Virus record (IMG/VR): IMGVR_UViG_3300021255_002536
Coordinates: 1-64,000 of that record
DNA length: 64,000 nt
Origin: a virus
Lineage: Duplodnaviria; Caudoviricetes
Strand: one strand, 5' to 3'
In this document: in pieces, positions 7,767 to 19,100 of the stretch
How positions within the stretch are numbered: the stretch's first letter is position 1
Layout: every line of letters starts with the position of its first letter
The notes under the pieces: generated by a model
The model's database searches: none
Told to the model about the DNA's origin: nothing
The model's input: only the letters and a program-made list of their open reading frames with translations
Translations under genes and position numbers: made by a program

Positions 7767-10409
7767 CTACAAGACATAGAACTCTACTTCGAGGTTGTTG
7801 AGACCATCTTTGGCAGAGACGTTATAGGATAGTTTATTGATGAAACCCACGAGGCCGTTGATGCGGAAGCGGCGCGTCCAATGGTTTGGCACGTCGGCCA
7901 CCTGAGCGGCAGAGCACTCAATGCGGATGCGGTACTTACGACGCTTCAGAACGAAGTTCATCAGTTCGGACATGAAGGTATCGCAGAGACCACGCGACTT
8001 GATTTTCTTCTCTATCTTTCCCGTAGTAGGATTGACCACATCCGGATTGATAAGCGGTGCTTTGGCCCACTCAGGCTGTTTCCACGAACGAATTTTCAGA
8101 CTGAAACGTTCGCCATCGCCAATACCTTCGTGTGTGCCGTTATAGTCGAACTCATTACCCCACATATCGAGCGAGTCGGAAGCGAGGGCATAGAGACCGG
8201 CGACGGTACGCCACTTGGAATTGCAACCGAAACCGTCGTAGTTGAAATCGTAGGTCTGAAGGGTAGCGTTGGTACCGCCACCACGCATGAGGGCGATAGC
8301 CAGTCCCCAATCCATTTCTTGCAGCGGAGAGTTACCATCCTCGGTATCGCTGGGGTCGTAGTTCTCTATCAGTTTCAGTACTTCGTCGGCATAGCACTCC
8401 ACGAACTCAGAGCCGATGGACTGGCGTATCTTCTGCTCGATAAACTCATGTTCCATATCTTCATCGATGAAGGCCGCGAGGATGGGCTGCTGCTTCTGCT
8501 GCTGATTGAGCGTCACAGTATTGCCGCTGGAATCGGTATGCGTACCACTGGCCTGCTCGATCTCCACCTGATAGTTGACATCGTTGAAAGTGACAGGCTG
8601 GAAGTCGCTGACGTATTCCTCTACAAAGTCATCGTTAAGCTCAGAGCAATCACCCATTTCCACACCCTTATACTGACCCACCTCGAAGAGTGCCGGTTTC
8701 CAATCGCTGCTACTGGTAGCATCGCCATTCACCTTGATACGATAGGCATTGCCAGTGGTGAGGTCGATGTAGCACGTCTTATCGCGGTCGCCACCATACG
8801 CTTTCGGCGCACGGAAGATCTGCTCGTAGGTCTTAGAGGTGTCTGTTGACTTCTGAGGATAGTCGATATAGTCATAGTCCGTATCGTAATCCTTTACACC
8901 ATTCTTCACGTTGGCACGCTGTTCCTTGGCATCAGATTCAGCCGAGTACTTCATGCGGACACCCGTAATTTTCTCAGCCACCTTGTGCATGCTGATGACC
9001 TTACCTGGGAAGTCAATGGGTGCCTCGTTGGAACGGAATACCTCACGAACGAAGTAAGCCGTAACATGGCGCTTCTCATAGTCGTAGTGGAAGCGGATGC
9101 CGAAAGAAGCCCAGAGCGAGTCGAGCACCGTCTGTACCGATTCATCAGGGAAATTGTCGCTGTTGGCATACATCAGCATGATATCTGCCTTCATGGTCTC
9201 ACCTGTCTTGGTACCTTCTACGGTGATAGAAGTGACACCATTCTGACCGACAGAAGCATGACCATCATACGTCTTGTGCCTCAAAGGGTCGTAGTAATGG
9301 TAATCGCAATCGTCGAGCTGCTTACCCTTCACGTCAGATATCTCAAACTGACCACCACAACCACGAGAGTCGAGCCATTCATTGATCTGCTGCTTGTTGG
9401 TGAAGAAACTATCGATGTCGGGGTATTTCTTCTCTTCATCGTACTTACAATGGGTGGTGAAGAAACACAGGTGACGCATGTCCTCAATCTTCAACAGTTC
9501 GGAGTTATCCCACGATACATCGAGGTAGTCAAAGAGACAGTCAAGGAAATAGAGGACGTAGAAGCAAATACCCGATTGCTGACGGTCGGCCTCCAGCACC
9601 CAATAAGGCCAGTGATCGTTTGGGCCTAACTTCTGTGCCTTGGGTGAGACGGTGGTAGTGGTTTTACCATCATCATCGATACCATGGTGCGTATAGGCAA
9701 TGCGGGCATTACAATACTTCGCATTGGGATATGGTTCTGACACATTGATATACGACTGAGCCACACGCGGCTTCTTAACCACGTTGCCATTACCATACGA
9801 CACCTCTTCCTTCAGGGCAGCCTTCTCTTTGCTATTGGTAGTCTCACAGCGTCCAGGGAACGAGAAACCGAGTGCCTGTGGCGTAAATTCAGCCTCACTG
9901 GTGCGGTTGGAGGTGATGGAATGGTTTTCGTCTGGCTTTTTGCCGTCGTAGGTGATTTTGATATTGAAGTCATAGTTGACCGTACACTTCACATTACCAA
10001 TCTTCTCACCAATGAGTATCTTATCCTTTACGGGGATGTCGCGGCAGTTTAGCTGACCGATGAGATCCTGCATGGAGTGCTCAGAGGCAGAGATATTCAT
10101 CGTAAGAGCGTTGTCAATCTCTTCATCCTCAGAGGTCACAAGCGTACCAGAACGGAAAGGTTGGTTATCCACGACGATACGCATCTTCGTATGCTCCAGA
10201 TTTACGGGACGGTCGATATTCGTCGGGTCATCAATATTACCCAACAGAAAGCGATTGCCCTCCATCGGCATTCGACAGGGGTAAGAAAACATTTCGTTAT
10301 CGTTAAACAACGGATTCTGGTCGTCGATATCTATCGAGAAATCGTCGGGGAGGTTCAGCGGGCGCTGCTTACCATCCTTCAGAGCGGTAATGGCAATGTG
10401 GCTGTTCAT
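7767..10409 (-). CDS. Tail tip/baseplate hub-like protein
   Basis: 880 aa; N-terminal L.LP.D.SI..D.QNPLF...FSYP...P...N motif typical of Bacteroidetes siphovirus tail proteins. Confidence 0.6.
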   Translation of the reverse strand: MNSHIAITALKDGKQRPLNLPDDFSIDIDDQNPLFNDNEMFSYPCRMPMEGNRFLLGNIDDPTNIDRPVNLEHTKMRIVVDNQPFRSGTLVTSEDEEIDNALTMNISASEHSMQDLIGQLNCRDIPVKDKILIGEKIGNVKCTVNYDFNIKITYDGKKPDENHSITSNRTSEAEFTPQALGFSFPGRCETTNSKEKAALKEEVSYGNGNVVKKPRVAQSYINVSEPYPNAKYCNARIAYTHHGIDDDGKTTTTVSPKAQKLGPNDHWPYWVLEADRQQSGICFYVLYFLDCLFDYLDVSWDNSELLKIEDMRHLCFFTTHCKYDEEKKYPDIDSFFTNKQQINEWLDSRGCGGQFEISDVKGKQLDDCDYHYYDPLRHKTYDGHASVGQNGVTSITVEGTKTGETMKADIMLMYANSDNFPDESVQTVLDSLWASFGIRFHYDYEKRHVTAYFVREVFRSNEAPIDFPGKVISMHKVAEKITGVRMKYSAESDAKEQRANVKNGVKDYDTDYDYIDYPQKSTDTSKTYEQIFRAPKAYGGDRDKTCYIDLTTGNAYRIKVNGDATSSSDWKPALFEVGQYKGVEMGDCSELNDDFVEEYVSDFQPVTFNDVNYQVEIEQASGTHTDSSGNTVTLNQQQKQQPILAAFIDEDMEHEFIEQKIRQSIGSEFVECYADEVLKLIENYDPSDTEDGNSPLQEMDWGLAIALMRGGGTNATLQTYDFNYDGFGCNSKWRTVAGLYALASDSLDMWGNEFDYNGTHEGIGDGERFSLKIRSWKQPEWAKAPLINPDVVNPTTGKIEKKIKSRGLCDTFMSELMNFVLKRRKYRIRIECSAAQVADVPNHWTRRFRINGLVGFINKLSYNVSAKDGLNNLEVEFYVL

Positions 10410-10411
10410 AT

Positions 10412-11074
10412 TTACTGCTGTTTATAGTACAACTTAGCATTGGCTTGCACGGTGATGCGACGGTTGGTGAAGGAATAGACCATAGCATCGCCAGAAGCGA
10501 CAATCTCCATGTGGCCATGGTCATCGAGACGGCCACCATTGACGTAGAGGGTAGCGGCATCGTAGCAGATGATGTTGCCCTTACCAGAGACAAAGGCAAA
10601 GTCGCGGGCGGTGAGCTTACCCTGTTCGATGACGGCACGGGCATGACCTTTGACAATAACATCAGCACGGTCGGATGCGACATGTACTGAACAGTTATCA
10701 TCGACGGTCACGGGCATATCGCCGAGGACATAGACACGATGACGGCCCGTGATGACCACCGGATTGACGGCCACGCCTTCGGGCTTATCGCCCACGAGTA
10801 CCATACCACCAGAATTAGTGATAGGCGACTCGTTATAATAGACACCGGCACGGATAATATCGGAGCGATAGACGGGATATAGTTTCGAGAAGGCCGTGAT
10901 GACCTGCTCAGGCACCTCATGGAGCACACCAGCCCAGAAGCGTTGCCAGGCTGCCACCAGTTCGGGGACAGACTTGGCTTCACGGAACATGTTCTGCGAC
11001 TCCTGGCAGTTACCGCTCTGCGCGAGAATATCTATACACAATTCTTGAAATCGAATGAAATATTGCTTATCCAT
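10412..11074 (-). CDS. Hypothetical protein with C-terminal beta-solenoid-like repeats
   Basis: Short degenerate repeats (DNCSVHV, GHARAVI, DAATLYV, GDAMVYS). Confidence 0.6.
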   Translation of the reverse strand: MDKQYFIRFQELCIDILAQSGNCQESQNMFREAKSVPELVAAWQRFWAGVLHEVPEQVITAFSKLYPVYRSDIIRAGVYYNESPITNSGGMVLVGDKPEGVAVNPVVITGRHRVYVLGDMPVTVDDNCSVHVASDRADVIVKGHARAVIEQGKLTARDFAFVSGKGNIICYDAATLYVNGGRLDDHGHMEIVASGDAMVYSFTNRRITVQANAKLYYKQQ

Positions 11075-11091
11075 ATATATCGAATTAAAAA

Positions 11092-13596
11092 TTAGAATGA
11101 CACTATATTAGGGATTTCGAGACCGTCGTAGGTGGCGGTGACGATGAAGTTCACCTTGGCGCACATAGGCCAGGTAGGAGGCATGTCGGCATTACGGATG
11201 CGGATGGTTCGCGTCATAGGCTGCTCAGGCCAGTGGGCATTGCGCCATCCCTGGTCACTCTGTTTGTCGGCAGCCGTGCGGGTATCGGTTTCTTCGCCAT
11301 AGTTGCCGGTATAACGCTCCCACGCCCAATCAGAGTCGGTGAGTTGCGAAGTGATGTCGAAGTTACCACAGAACAAACGCGGATCGAGATAGAGGTCAAC
11401 CTGTCCTGGTATCTGTGCGGAGGTGGTGATGAGTTGGGCATTGGCATCGTAAAAACGGATGGTAAGATCGGCCACGCCATAGAGCATCTTCCAAACAGAT
11501 GAGCCAGGATAAGGTTCATCGTTAGTACTGGAATTAGCATTGAGATACCACTTGCAACCACCATAAGTAATAGTAGGATAGGCGCGAGAGGTGCGGGTGT
11601 ACGTGACCGTCGAATCCCATTCGCCCATGAATACCTCATGGATGACTGCACGGGTCAACAGGAACGAGGCAGAGGTGGTATATACCTGGTCGCCATCCTC
11701 GGTATGGATAGTGCGCGAGGCAGCCACCACGAATACGGCACCCAGCTCAGGCACATCGGAGTAACGGAAGTAGAGCGCCGACGGAATGCCATCGGGATAT
11801 TGCTGGGCAATGGCAGCGTCCCATGCGGCATCGGCAGCGGAGTTGCCAGACTGACGGGTGATGGTCATCTGATAGCCGGACTGAATGACCTGACCACTGA
11901 CATCCTTCAACACGAAGTCGGCACGGATCTGTTCGTCGGAGGAAATGGTACCATCAGGATTAGACAGTACGATTTCTACCTTATCAGAGAAGCGGGTGAG
12001 CTGTTCGATGACACCATAGATATAAGCATCCTTGGTAACAAACGACTCACCATTGAACTCCTTGCGGTGAATGGTCTGACCTTCATCATCGGTCACAAGC
12101 ATGGTGAAGCCGGTAAGGTCGCCCCAACCTCCCATAAAGCAATGATCCTCCCATTCCCAAGTGTTGACACCTTGGAATCGGGCCATGTAAGTAGTGGTAT
12201 AAACGAAGAATGCCTGACGCTCCGGATGATTGTTGTCGAACGAGCCAGAGACACTGAGCACGCTCCACTGTTCGGGTGCGGGCGACCATACTTCAGGTTC
12301 GCCTTCCTCGGTGTCGAACTTACGCATCACAACGGTTACGAGACCATTCTGATAGATCTTATCACCATCCATCGGTGAATAGCGGGCATCCTTAGCGATG
12401 TAATAGGTTGTATCATCGATGACGCGCTCCACCACGTCGCCTACGGCCTGCACACGGCAATAGATAGACATGAAGCCAGCACGCTGGATATTACCGTGAT
12501 GGTCGTCGCTGTTGGCAGTTGCATTTTTCGAACCATCCATATTCGACCAGAAGCCACGCAGGATATCACCAATGATAAACTCACCAGGTTCTCCATCGTT
12601 CAAGTCGAGCACGAACTGGCAGGTGTGGTTGGCCTGATTGACATCGATAATCTCCTTCACACGGCCCTTACCGGCAGAGTCCCATCGAGTACCAGAGAGC
12701 ACTTCAATTTGGTTGTATTTGATGGTAGGAACTGACAGCGACTGCGACAGTTCGAGCGAACGGGCGATAATGGTACCATCCGGCAGGATGCGGGCTCCAT
12801 CACGCGAACCGATGCCCACCTGGATATCTTTCTCGAAGTTGCCGACGGTAACGGCCTTCAAAATGGTAATGGCACCCTGAGCAGTATCATCATGGGTACG
12901 CGACAGGTAGCGCGTACCAGCCCATTTTGGAGTAACAACGGCTTCCTCTGAATCATCATCAGTATCATCGCCTGCAACGAACTTCAGCGTCTTACCACCA
13001 AGTACGAGAGTAGTGATAGAAGCCCACGATGCGGTCAGCTTCTCAAAAACAGCCTCGGAGATTGTTTTGATGAACTTCACCATATTGGTGGTGGCGTTGT
13101 ACTCCCACCAGGTGCCTTCACCTCCGGAGGCAATGGCTTCGTCAGAAGCCAGCGAACCATTGTTGAACTGCTGTTCCCAGGTGCGGTCTTTGAGTACACC
13201 ACCATCAGAGGATGCAGAGATAATACCCTGAGTATAGATGTAATAGAAATCAGCGGGGCCTACCTGTGTACCTTCTTCGTTCTGTCCGTAAAGGTCAATT
13301 TCCTGTGGCGAGAATACCACCTGAGCCTGAGCATCGGCAGCCGTGCTCTTTGGGATGGCGATATAGACCCAGCGTTTGTTGTTATCATGGAACACCGTCG
13401 GCGAAGCAATGAGCGGCCAACGGCGGTAGTTGTGGGCATTATCATACTCCAAGCCAGTGATACCCTTCATGTAGCACATGACCATGGAACCGCTGGCGCA
13501 GTTGGCATGGATGTAGTTACGATCACCGGCAGCGTTGAGCTGGATGAAAAGGGCGCTGGGCGACACCCAATAGTTAGTGGGCTGGGCTTGGGTCAT
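11092..13596 (-). CDS. Tail/tail-fibre structural protein
   Basis: 834 aa; YLSR..DD.A.G.I motif, L..P...YN, and a C-terminal G.W....Y...V.YGG..W...P..W module. Confidence 0.65.
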   Translation of the reverse strand: MTQAQPTNYWVSPSALFIQLNAAGDRNYIHANCASGSMVMCYMKGITGLEYDNAHNYRRWPLIASPTVFHDNNKRWVYIAIPKSTAADAQAQVVFSPQEIDLYGQNEEGTQVGPADFYYIYTQGIISASSDGGVLKDRTWEQQFNNGSLASDEAIASGGEGTWWEYNATTNMVKFIKTISEAVFEKLTASWASITTLVLGGKTLKFVAGDDTDDDSEEAVVTPKWAGTRYLSRTHDDTAQGAITILKAVTVGNFEKDIQVGIGSRDGARILPDGTIIARSLELSQSLSVPTIKYNQIEVLSGTRWDSAGKGRVKEIIDVNQANHTCQFVLDLNDGEPGEFIIGDILRGFWSNMDGSKNATANSDDHHGNIQRAGFMSIYCRVQAVGDVVERVIDDTTYYIAKDARYSPMDGDKIYQNGLVTVVMRKFDTEEGEPEVWSPAPEQWSVLSVSGSFDNNHPERQAFFVYTTTYMARFQGVNTWEWEDHCFMGGWGDLTGFTMLVTDDEGQTIHRKEFNGESFVTKDAYIYGVIEQLTRFSDKVEIVLSNPDGTISSDEQIRADFVLKDVSGQVIQSGYQMTITRQSGNSAADAAWDAAIAQQYPDGIPSALYFRYSDVPELGAVFVVAASRTIHTEDGDQVYTTSASFLLTRAVIHEVFMGEWDSTVTYTRTSRAYPTITYGGCKWYLNANSSTNDEPYPGSSVWKMLYGVADLTIRFYDANAQLITTSAQIPGQVDLYLDPRLFCGNFDITSQLTDSDWAWERYTGNYGEETDTRTAADKQSDQGWRNAHWPEQPMTRTIRIRNADMPPTWPMCAKVNFIVTATYDGLEIPNIVSF

Positions 13597-13632
13597 TTTT
13601 CAAATTGATAATTGAAAATTGAAAATTGAAAA

Positions 13633-14724
13633 TTAAGACAATGCAGGGGTGACGAACATCACAGAGCCTTCGGCGTTGTTTTGGAACTCAGGTTCGTAGT
13701 CATCGCCTGCTGACGCTTCGGGAGTAGCGGGGGCCACGTAGAGAGGAGAATCTTTGAAGGCTTTCAGAGCCTTTTCGTTGAGGTCGGGCTGATGCGTCTG
13801 AAGATACTCTGAGAGGTCGGTCACACAGCGCACAGCCTCGTTGTGGGCAGCCGTGCGACGGGCATCATCGACCTTAATAACCTTGGTACGCTCTTCGAGG
13901 TGACGGGCCACACATTTGCGCAATTTATGAATTAATCGATTCATCAATTTATCATCGGTGCCCTTGGTGGCCACCTCTATGAGATAGTCGATGAAGTCCT
14001 CACCAAAGATAGGCCCTAAGACATCCTCCTGAATGGTACGGAGGTCAGGGAGCATCTGAATGAACTTCTCGCGGGAGTCGTAGATATCGAGATATTCCTG
14101 AAGCACGGTGGCAGAGGGGATGGCGAGACCGGCTGCGAGATAGAAGAAACGACTCTCCTTCCATTTCTCGGCTATCTCTTTCTTCTCGGCAGCTGCAACG
14201 GCTTCGGGTGAGTCAGCATCATCAGGCAACGGATCGGGTGACGGGTCGGGCATGGCAGCAACATCCTTCGTCCACTGTTCCAGGAGCACCAACAAACGAT
14301 TAACGGCAGCATGGGCCTCCGTGATGCAAGTGGTTTTATAGTCGCGCACGGCTTCGCGGTCGGCCTTACCATAGTCATCAGCAATAGCCATATTCACACC
14401 AGATCCATTAACGCTAACAGCCTGGATATTTACGCTTCGGCCCAAAGCATCAAAAGTGACGACACGCTGGGCAACTGTCAGCAGACGGGCGTAGGGTGGG
14501 AGTGTAGCGCCGTCGGTCACTTGCTTAATGAACTCAGAGATACCATCATCGCCACTGCGAAGCGTCTGGTAATACTCCACGAGGGAGTCGTAGAGTGGCT
14601 GACCCAACTTCTCTAAGAGGAAGTCCTGTTCGCTACTATCGAGAAAACCCATAATGGACTCGATGTGATCAATCGCGTTGGCCGGAGAATAGAGACGGAG
14701 CTCTTCGGTGGTAGATATTAACAT
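13633..14724 (-). CDS. Putative head-tail adaptor (DUF6712-like, two-fold internal repeat)
   Basis: Repeated L...LG..LY / L.PIFGEDF units; start set at ATG 14724, downstream of the promoter. Confidence 0.55.
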   Translation of the reverse strand: MLISTTEELRLYSPANAIDHIESIMGFLDSSEQDFLLEKLGQPLYDSLVEYYQTLRSGDDGISEFIKQVTDGATLPPYARLLTVAQRVVTFDALGRSVNIQAVSVNGSGVNMAIADDYGKADREAVRDYKTTCITEAHAAVNRLLVLLEQWTKDVAAMPDPSPDPLPDDADSPEAVAAAEKKEIAEKWKESRFFYLAAGLAIPSATVLQEYLDIYDSREKFIQMLPDLRTIQEDVLGPIFGEDFIDYLIEVATKGTDDKLMNRLIHKLRKCVARHLEERTKVIKVDDARRTAAHNEAVRCVTDLSEYLQTHQPDLNEKALKAFKDSPLYVAPATPEASAGDDYEPEFQNNAEGSVMFVTPALS

Positions 14725-14747
14725 GATATAAAACGTTTTATTTGCCA

Positions 14748-14783
14748 CAAAATTAAAAAGTCACGGCCATAAGGTCGTGACAA
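14748..14783 (-). promoter_or_regulatory. Phage-type promoter TTGTCAC-N21-TAATTTTG
   Basis: + strand caaaatta 14748-14755 and gtgacaa 14777-14783. Confidence 0.8.
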
Positions 14784-14807
14784 TTTCAAATGCGAAAGCC
14801 CGATATT

Positions 14808-15494
14808 TTACTTCTGGAGGTACTTCAGGATGCCTTCGACATGGAGGCGTTCGATGGCATGCTTACCAACATCGGACAATAGAAACTCCACATCGCGCTT
14901 GTTATCCTGGAAAAGATTTTCCGTCAGGACTGCGGGACAGTTGGTGTGAGTAAGCACGTAGAGGTTGGCTTCGTAGTCACGATCCCCATCGCTCTTATCC
15001 ATACGAATAGGAGTCTGGTTCTGTCCGTACTCGCCACGCAGTTTACCATTGCTGACAATCTGCACATACTCGCGAAGGTTGGTGATGGCAGCATCATAGA
15101 GACATTCAGCGAGGTTGTCGGCCTTCGTCTTACCAGGCGACGTATAGGCAGCCCAGCCACCGGCACCATGCCACTTACCATCAGCACCAGCGGCATTGAG
15201 GTGGACGCTCACATAGATGCAATCATACTGCTTACACAAATCGTTGACCAGGCGGCAGCGCAGGGAGAGCTCACGCGACTGTTCGAGTCTGACATCCTTC
15301 GTCTGGAGATTCTGAGGCAGATAGCCGTCCTCATAGTCGATGGCAACATTGTAACCATAACTGCGTAACTTAGCTGCTATGCCTTGGATCCTCTCACGGC
15401 AATAGACTGCCTCGCGGATGGAACCATCTGGCGCACACTTGCCAGGTGTACTGAGCAAGTGCGGCGTACCGAGAATAATCATTGTTTGTTTCAT
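14808..15494 (-). CDS. Endolysin, N-acetylmuramoyl-L-alanine amidase (Amidase_3)
   Basis: PH...TPGK..PDG..RE, VSVHLNAAG and CPAVLTENLF zinc/catalytic motifs. Confidence 0.9.
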   Translation of the reverse strand: MKQTMIILGTPHLLSTPGKCAPDGSIREAVYCRERIQGIAAKLRSYGYNVAIDYEDGYLPQNLQTKDVRLEQSRELSLRCRLVNDLCKQYDCIYVSVHLNAAGADGKWHGAGGWAAYTSPGKTKADNLAECLYDAAITNLREYVQIVSNGKLRGEYGQNQTPIRMDKSDGDRDYEANLYVLTHTNCPAVLTENLFQDNKRDVEFLLSDVGKHAIERLHVEGILKYLQK

Positions 15495-15514
15495 ATATTG
15501 ATGAATTTATGAAG

Positions 15515-15844
15515 TTATGAATTTTGTTTTTTCAACCAGGCAAATGGTTTACGCTTTTCGAGATAGTCCGCTTCGTGAGCATGAGCATAGGCTTCGCGCT
15601 CAAAGCAGACATTACAATAGGCATCATCCCATTTTAACCGTTTCAGGAATTGCCAGACAAACGACAGGATATAGATAGGCAGGAAGAAAATGTAGAGACA
15701 TTCCTTCCATTGGAGAGAGTGAATCATTTCATGCCGGATGTTATAATCATACATCACAGCATTCTTACGGACAAAGCACAGATTACCTATGCACATCGCC
15801 TTATATCCCTTAAACGGGATGATATTGTTATAAATGAACTTCAT
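15515..15844 (-). CDS. Small HExxH-containing phage protein
   Basis: RHEMIHSLQW...FEREAY. Confidence 0.7.
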   Translation of the reverse strand: MKFIYNNIIPFKGYKAMCIGNLCFVRKNAVMYDYNIRHEMIHSLQWKECLYIFFLPIYILSFVWQFLKRLKWDDAYCNVCFEREAYAHAHEADYLEKRKPFAWLKKQNS

Positions 15845-15846
15845 AC

Positions 15847-16131
15847 CTATTCCTCCTTATTTTCAGGTTCAGGTTCAGCCAACATTTCAGCAATAGCATC
15901 AATGTAACAGGGAGGAAGATCACTACTATAAATCTTTATGAGTTCAACCTCCTCCGGTGTATATTCCGTTTCATTATTGCCCTTAAAAATCTTGTTAGCA
16001 AGAGCACGAGCCAACACACCACTCTGCTGTGTATAGATAAAGTCGGCAAATGCCTTTCTAATACTCTTAATCTCTCCATGTGTTCTGGCCACATCAGAGA
16101 AAATCATCACTTCATCAAAATTAATCTTCAT
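15847..16131 (-). CDS. Small tail-fibre-associated protein
   Basis: Likely start MKINFDE at 16131, after the tail fibre stop. Confidence 0.65.
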   Translation of the reverse strand: MKINFDEVMIFSDVARTHGEIKSIRKAFADFIYTQQSGVLARALANKIFKGNNETEYTPEEVELIKIYSSDLPPCYIDAIAEMLAEPEPENKEE

Positions 16132-16147
16132 AATCGTATCGTTTAAA

Positions 16148-19100
16148 TTAATCCAAATGTCCCATGATATATGCGTAGAAGTTGGTACCATCATAGGTAA
16201 TAAGCACATGACATGTATCTGCCTGTGCCATACCTAAACCTCCTGTCATATCCTGATCAGAATCCGGATTCCTCATGTGAGGACAACTGGCACCATACGA
16301 TGAACTGCGATAACCATACAAAGTGAAAGAAGCACCAGAAGCGCCTACGATATACAAATCAAAAGCGAACTTCGTCGAATCACTAACACCAAGGAATGTG
16401 CGACACGTTGACAAAGTGGGCAAATAGCATGTACCGTAAGTACCTCTTACCAACACATATTTACCCTTATTCGGATCAATAGTATTCACAGAACTTGACG
16501 GTGTAAAATCGTTCAGCTGATGGCCCACAATGTGACCGTTCAACACACCATGACCAGTACCAGCATAAGCATAGTTCCTATCTGCATTCTTTGCAGAAAG
16601 AATCATTGCATAGTTCGCTCCAAGGCCCCAATAGTTATTCTGATCTTCATTTTCAAAACGAGCAACCGCACGTAAACCAGAAGCAGCAGGAAGAACATTA
16701 CCACCAATACCTGCAAAGGCTTTTCGTGCATCATTACGGAAGATAATGTAGGCATCATTCGTAAACGGGTCGTTGGTCAAACCAGTACCACTAACTTTAA
16801 ATCCCGCTATAGTTCCACTTTGAACCGTGATATTATTAAACGTACCAGCATTACCTGTTATATTACCTTCAGCATCAATGACAAAAGTATTGTTTTTGCT
16901 ATGTATCTGAGTTGGGATCAAATTCTCAACAATAATCTCTTCAGCCAACAGCAAATCCGTAGCTACGAACTTCAAATAGTTTGCCTTTTCCCAATGAGAT
17001 GTGTCATTATATGGCTGAGTAGTAGATGTATATCCTGCACTCGAAGTACGTTTTTTCATACGCCAATACGTCATAGAACCTGATGCAGACTCTTTTGCAC
17101 GAACGACATGACGAACACCCGTACCACCGCCATAATAATAGGTAGTACCACTAACCCAATTACCAACATACACATGCTGGATGTCATCTGCCATACGGTC
17201 GTCAGAATTTTCGATCCATTCCGTCGCCATAGAATTACGCTCCAACTTTGGCATACAAAGCCAAACCTGGTTATACGACGTGTTAGAACTCTCCGGACTC
17301 AAGCGGAACAATACTTTTTGCTCTGCACTTATACTTGACTTTGTACGGAAAGTAACACTATGGCGTACCCACGAAGTCGTAATCTTTACTTTCCAATTCA
17401 CAGCACCATCAGAAGGTGTTGACGACTGTAATACGCCATCAATATAGAAAGCCTGGTTGGTATCAATACAAGAGGGATAGATGTATGTTATCAAATTACC
17501 ATAACCACTGGTATAACCTTTTACATAAAACGAGAAAGTGTACCACTGGCTCGTAGTAATCTTTTTAATACCATCAGAAGCTGTCTGATAGATAATCTGC
17601 TGAAGAATCTCTTTATATGTCAACTTATCCGTACCATAAGCAGTCTTGTCATAATATGAATTTTGACCATCCAATGTTACGTTAGTTTTTATCTCACCAG
17701 CACCACTTTCAGCAGGCGTACTCTGACCACTAACAGGCGAATACTGGTTTCTAACCGTCCAAGCCTCCATCTGACCATCAGAAGCAAATGCAGTGTCTTG
17801 AAGAAGGTTGGCACAAACACCCATATCTATTTGTGCTACCAATTTGATTTCTACAGTCGTAGAATTGGTTTTAGTATAAGAAGTTACTTTCTTTTCCCAA
17901 AGATAATTTTTTGGAGGGTTAGATTGACTACTAAGTTTTTCTGGAACGTAAGTAGTATTACCATCCGTATAAGAAGCCCAGCTGCTATCACTTGAAGAAG
18001 GTGCGCTAAAAGTCGGCGTAAACATACGATAAAGCGAAACAGTCTTAATACCATTACCTTCATCGCCTTCTTCACCATCATGGGTATGGCTAACACAAGT
18101 ACCAGTAATAGAGTTGGCACTTACACTGGTACATTTATAGATAGCCGTATGCGAAATACCGGAATCACTCGATGTACCAGAAACAAGGAAATAGTCACCT
18201 ACACGACAGGCAGCAAAATCACTATCTCCCGTTCTCTTAGAATAAGTCTCAGAATGTCCTAACTCGGCGTATGTATTCCAGTCGGCATCAGTATAAAGGT
18301 TGTTTCTAATCAGCGTCAGAGCAATACTATAACCAATATTACCATCACTGCCATAATAACCAATACATTGACCTGCCTCTGATGGTATATAGGTAGAACC
18401 ACCACCACTATATGTCAATTTGGTACGAGTCCAAAGATATTTACCTTTCTCTGCTGCTGGAGGAGTGTTATCCTGCCATGTGCCTGTAGCTGCTGATGCA
18501 GTACCAAGCGCATACTGCTCAGTGATAGAAGCAAAATCGCTGACCTTACCCAGGCATTGCTTACCCGTGTACTTGGTAGTCTTGTTGGAAAACACCATCT
18601 TCGTCGCCTGCCAGACATACTTAGAAGCATTCGCAGACTTGATATCCAAATCAACAAAGTCGGTTTTCCACCCTGCATCATCGGCAGGGGCAGTAGAACC
18701 GCTATCGCTCAGGACAAACATAATGTCAGCCGAGCTAATACTAACGCCATCCTCTACAAGTTTGCTAACACTACTCCACTCAGTATGGAGAATCTGATCG
18801 TGCGTACCAGTACCAATGGCTGTAGCCTGGATGACATAGCAAGGCTTACCATCATCCGTTGGAATATTACGTTTCCAGCCGTTCAAATCAGTAATAACAG
18901 TGGCGCTGGAACCCGTGCCATTATAGAGTTTACCATCAGCAAACTTATAATAGACATTATCCGACGTGATACCATGTGCCGTAATAGCCGTAGCACTACG
19001 CTTAAAGAGAAAGATGGTGGCAGCATTCGTATTTCCCGTATAGAGTACAGGCGTTGACCATTCACTTGCAGCGATGGTGTCAGATGTCTCGGTGCTATAC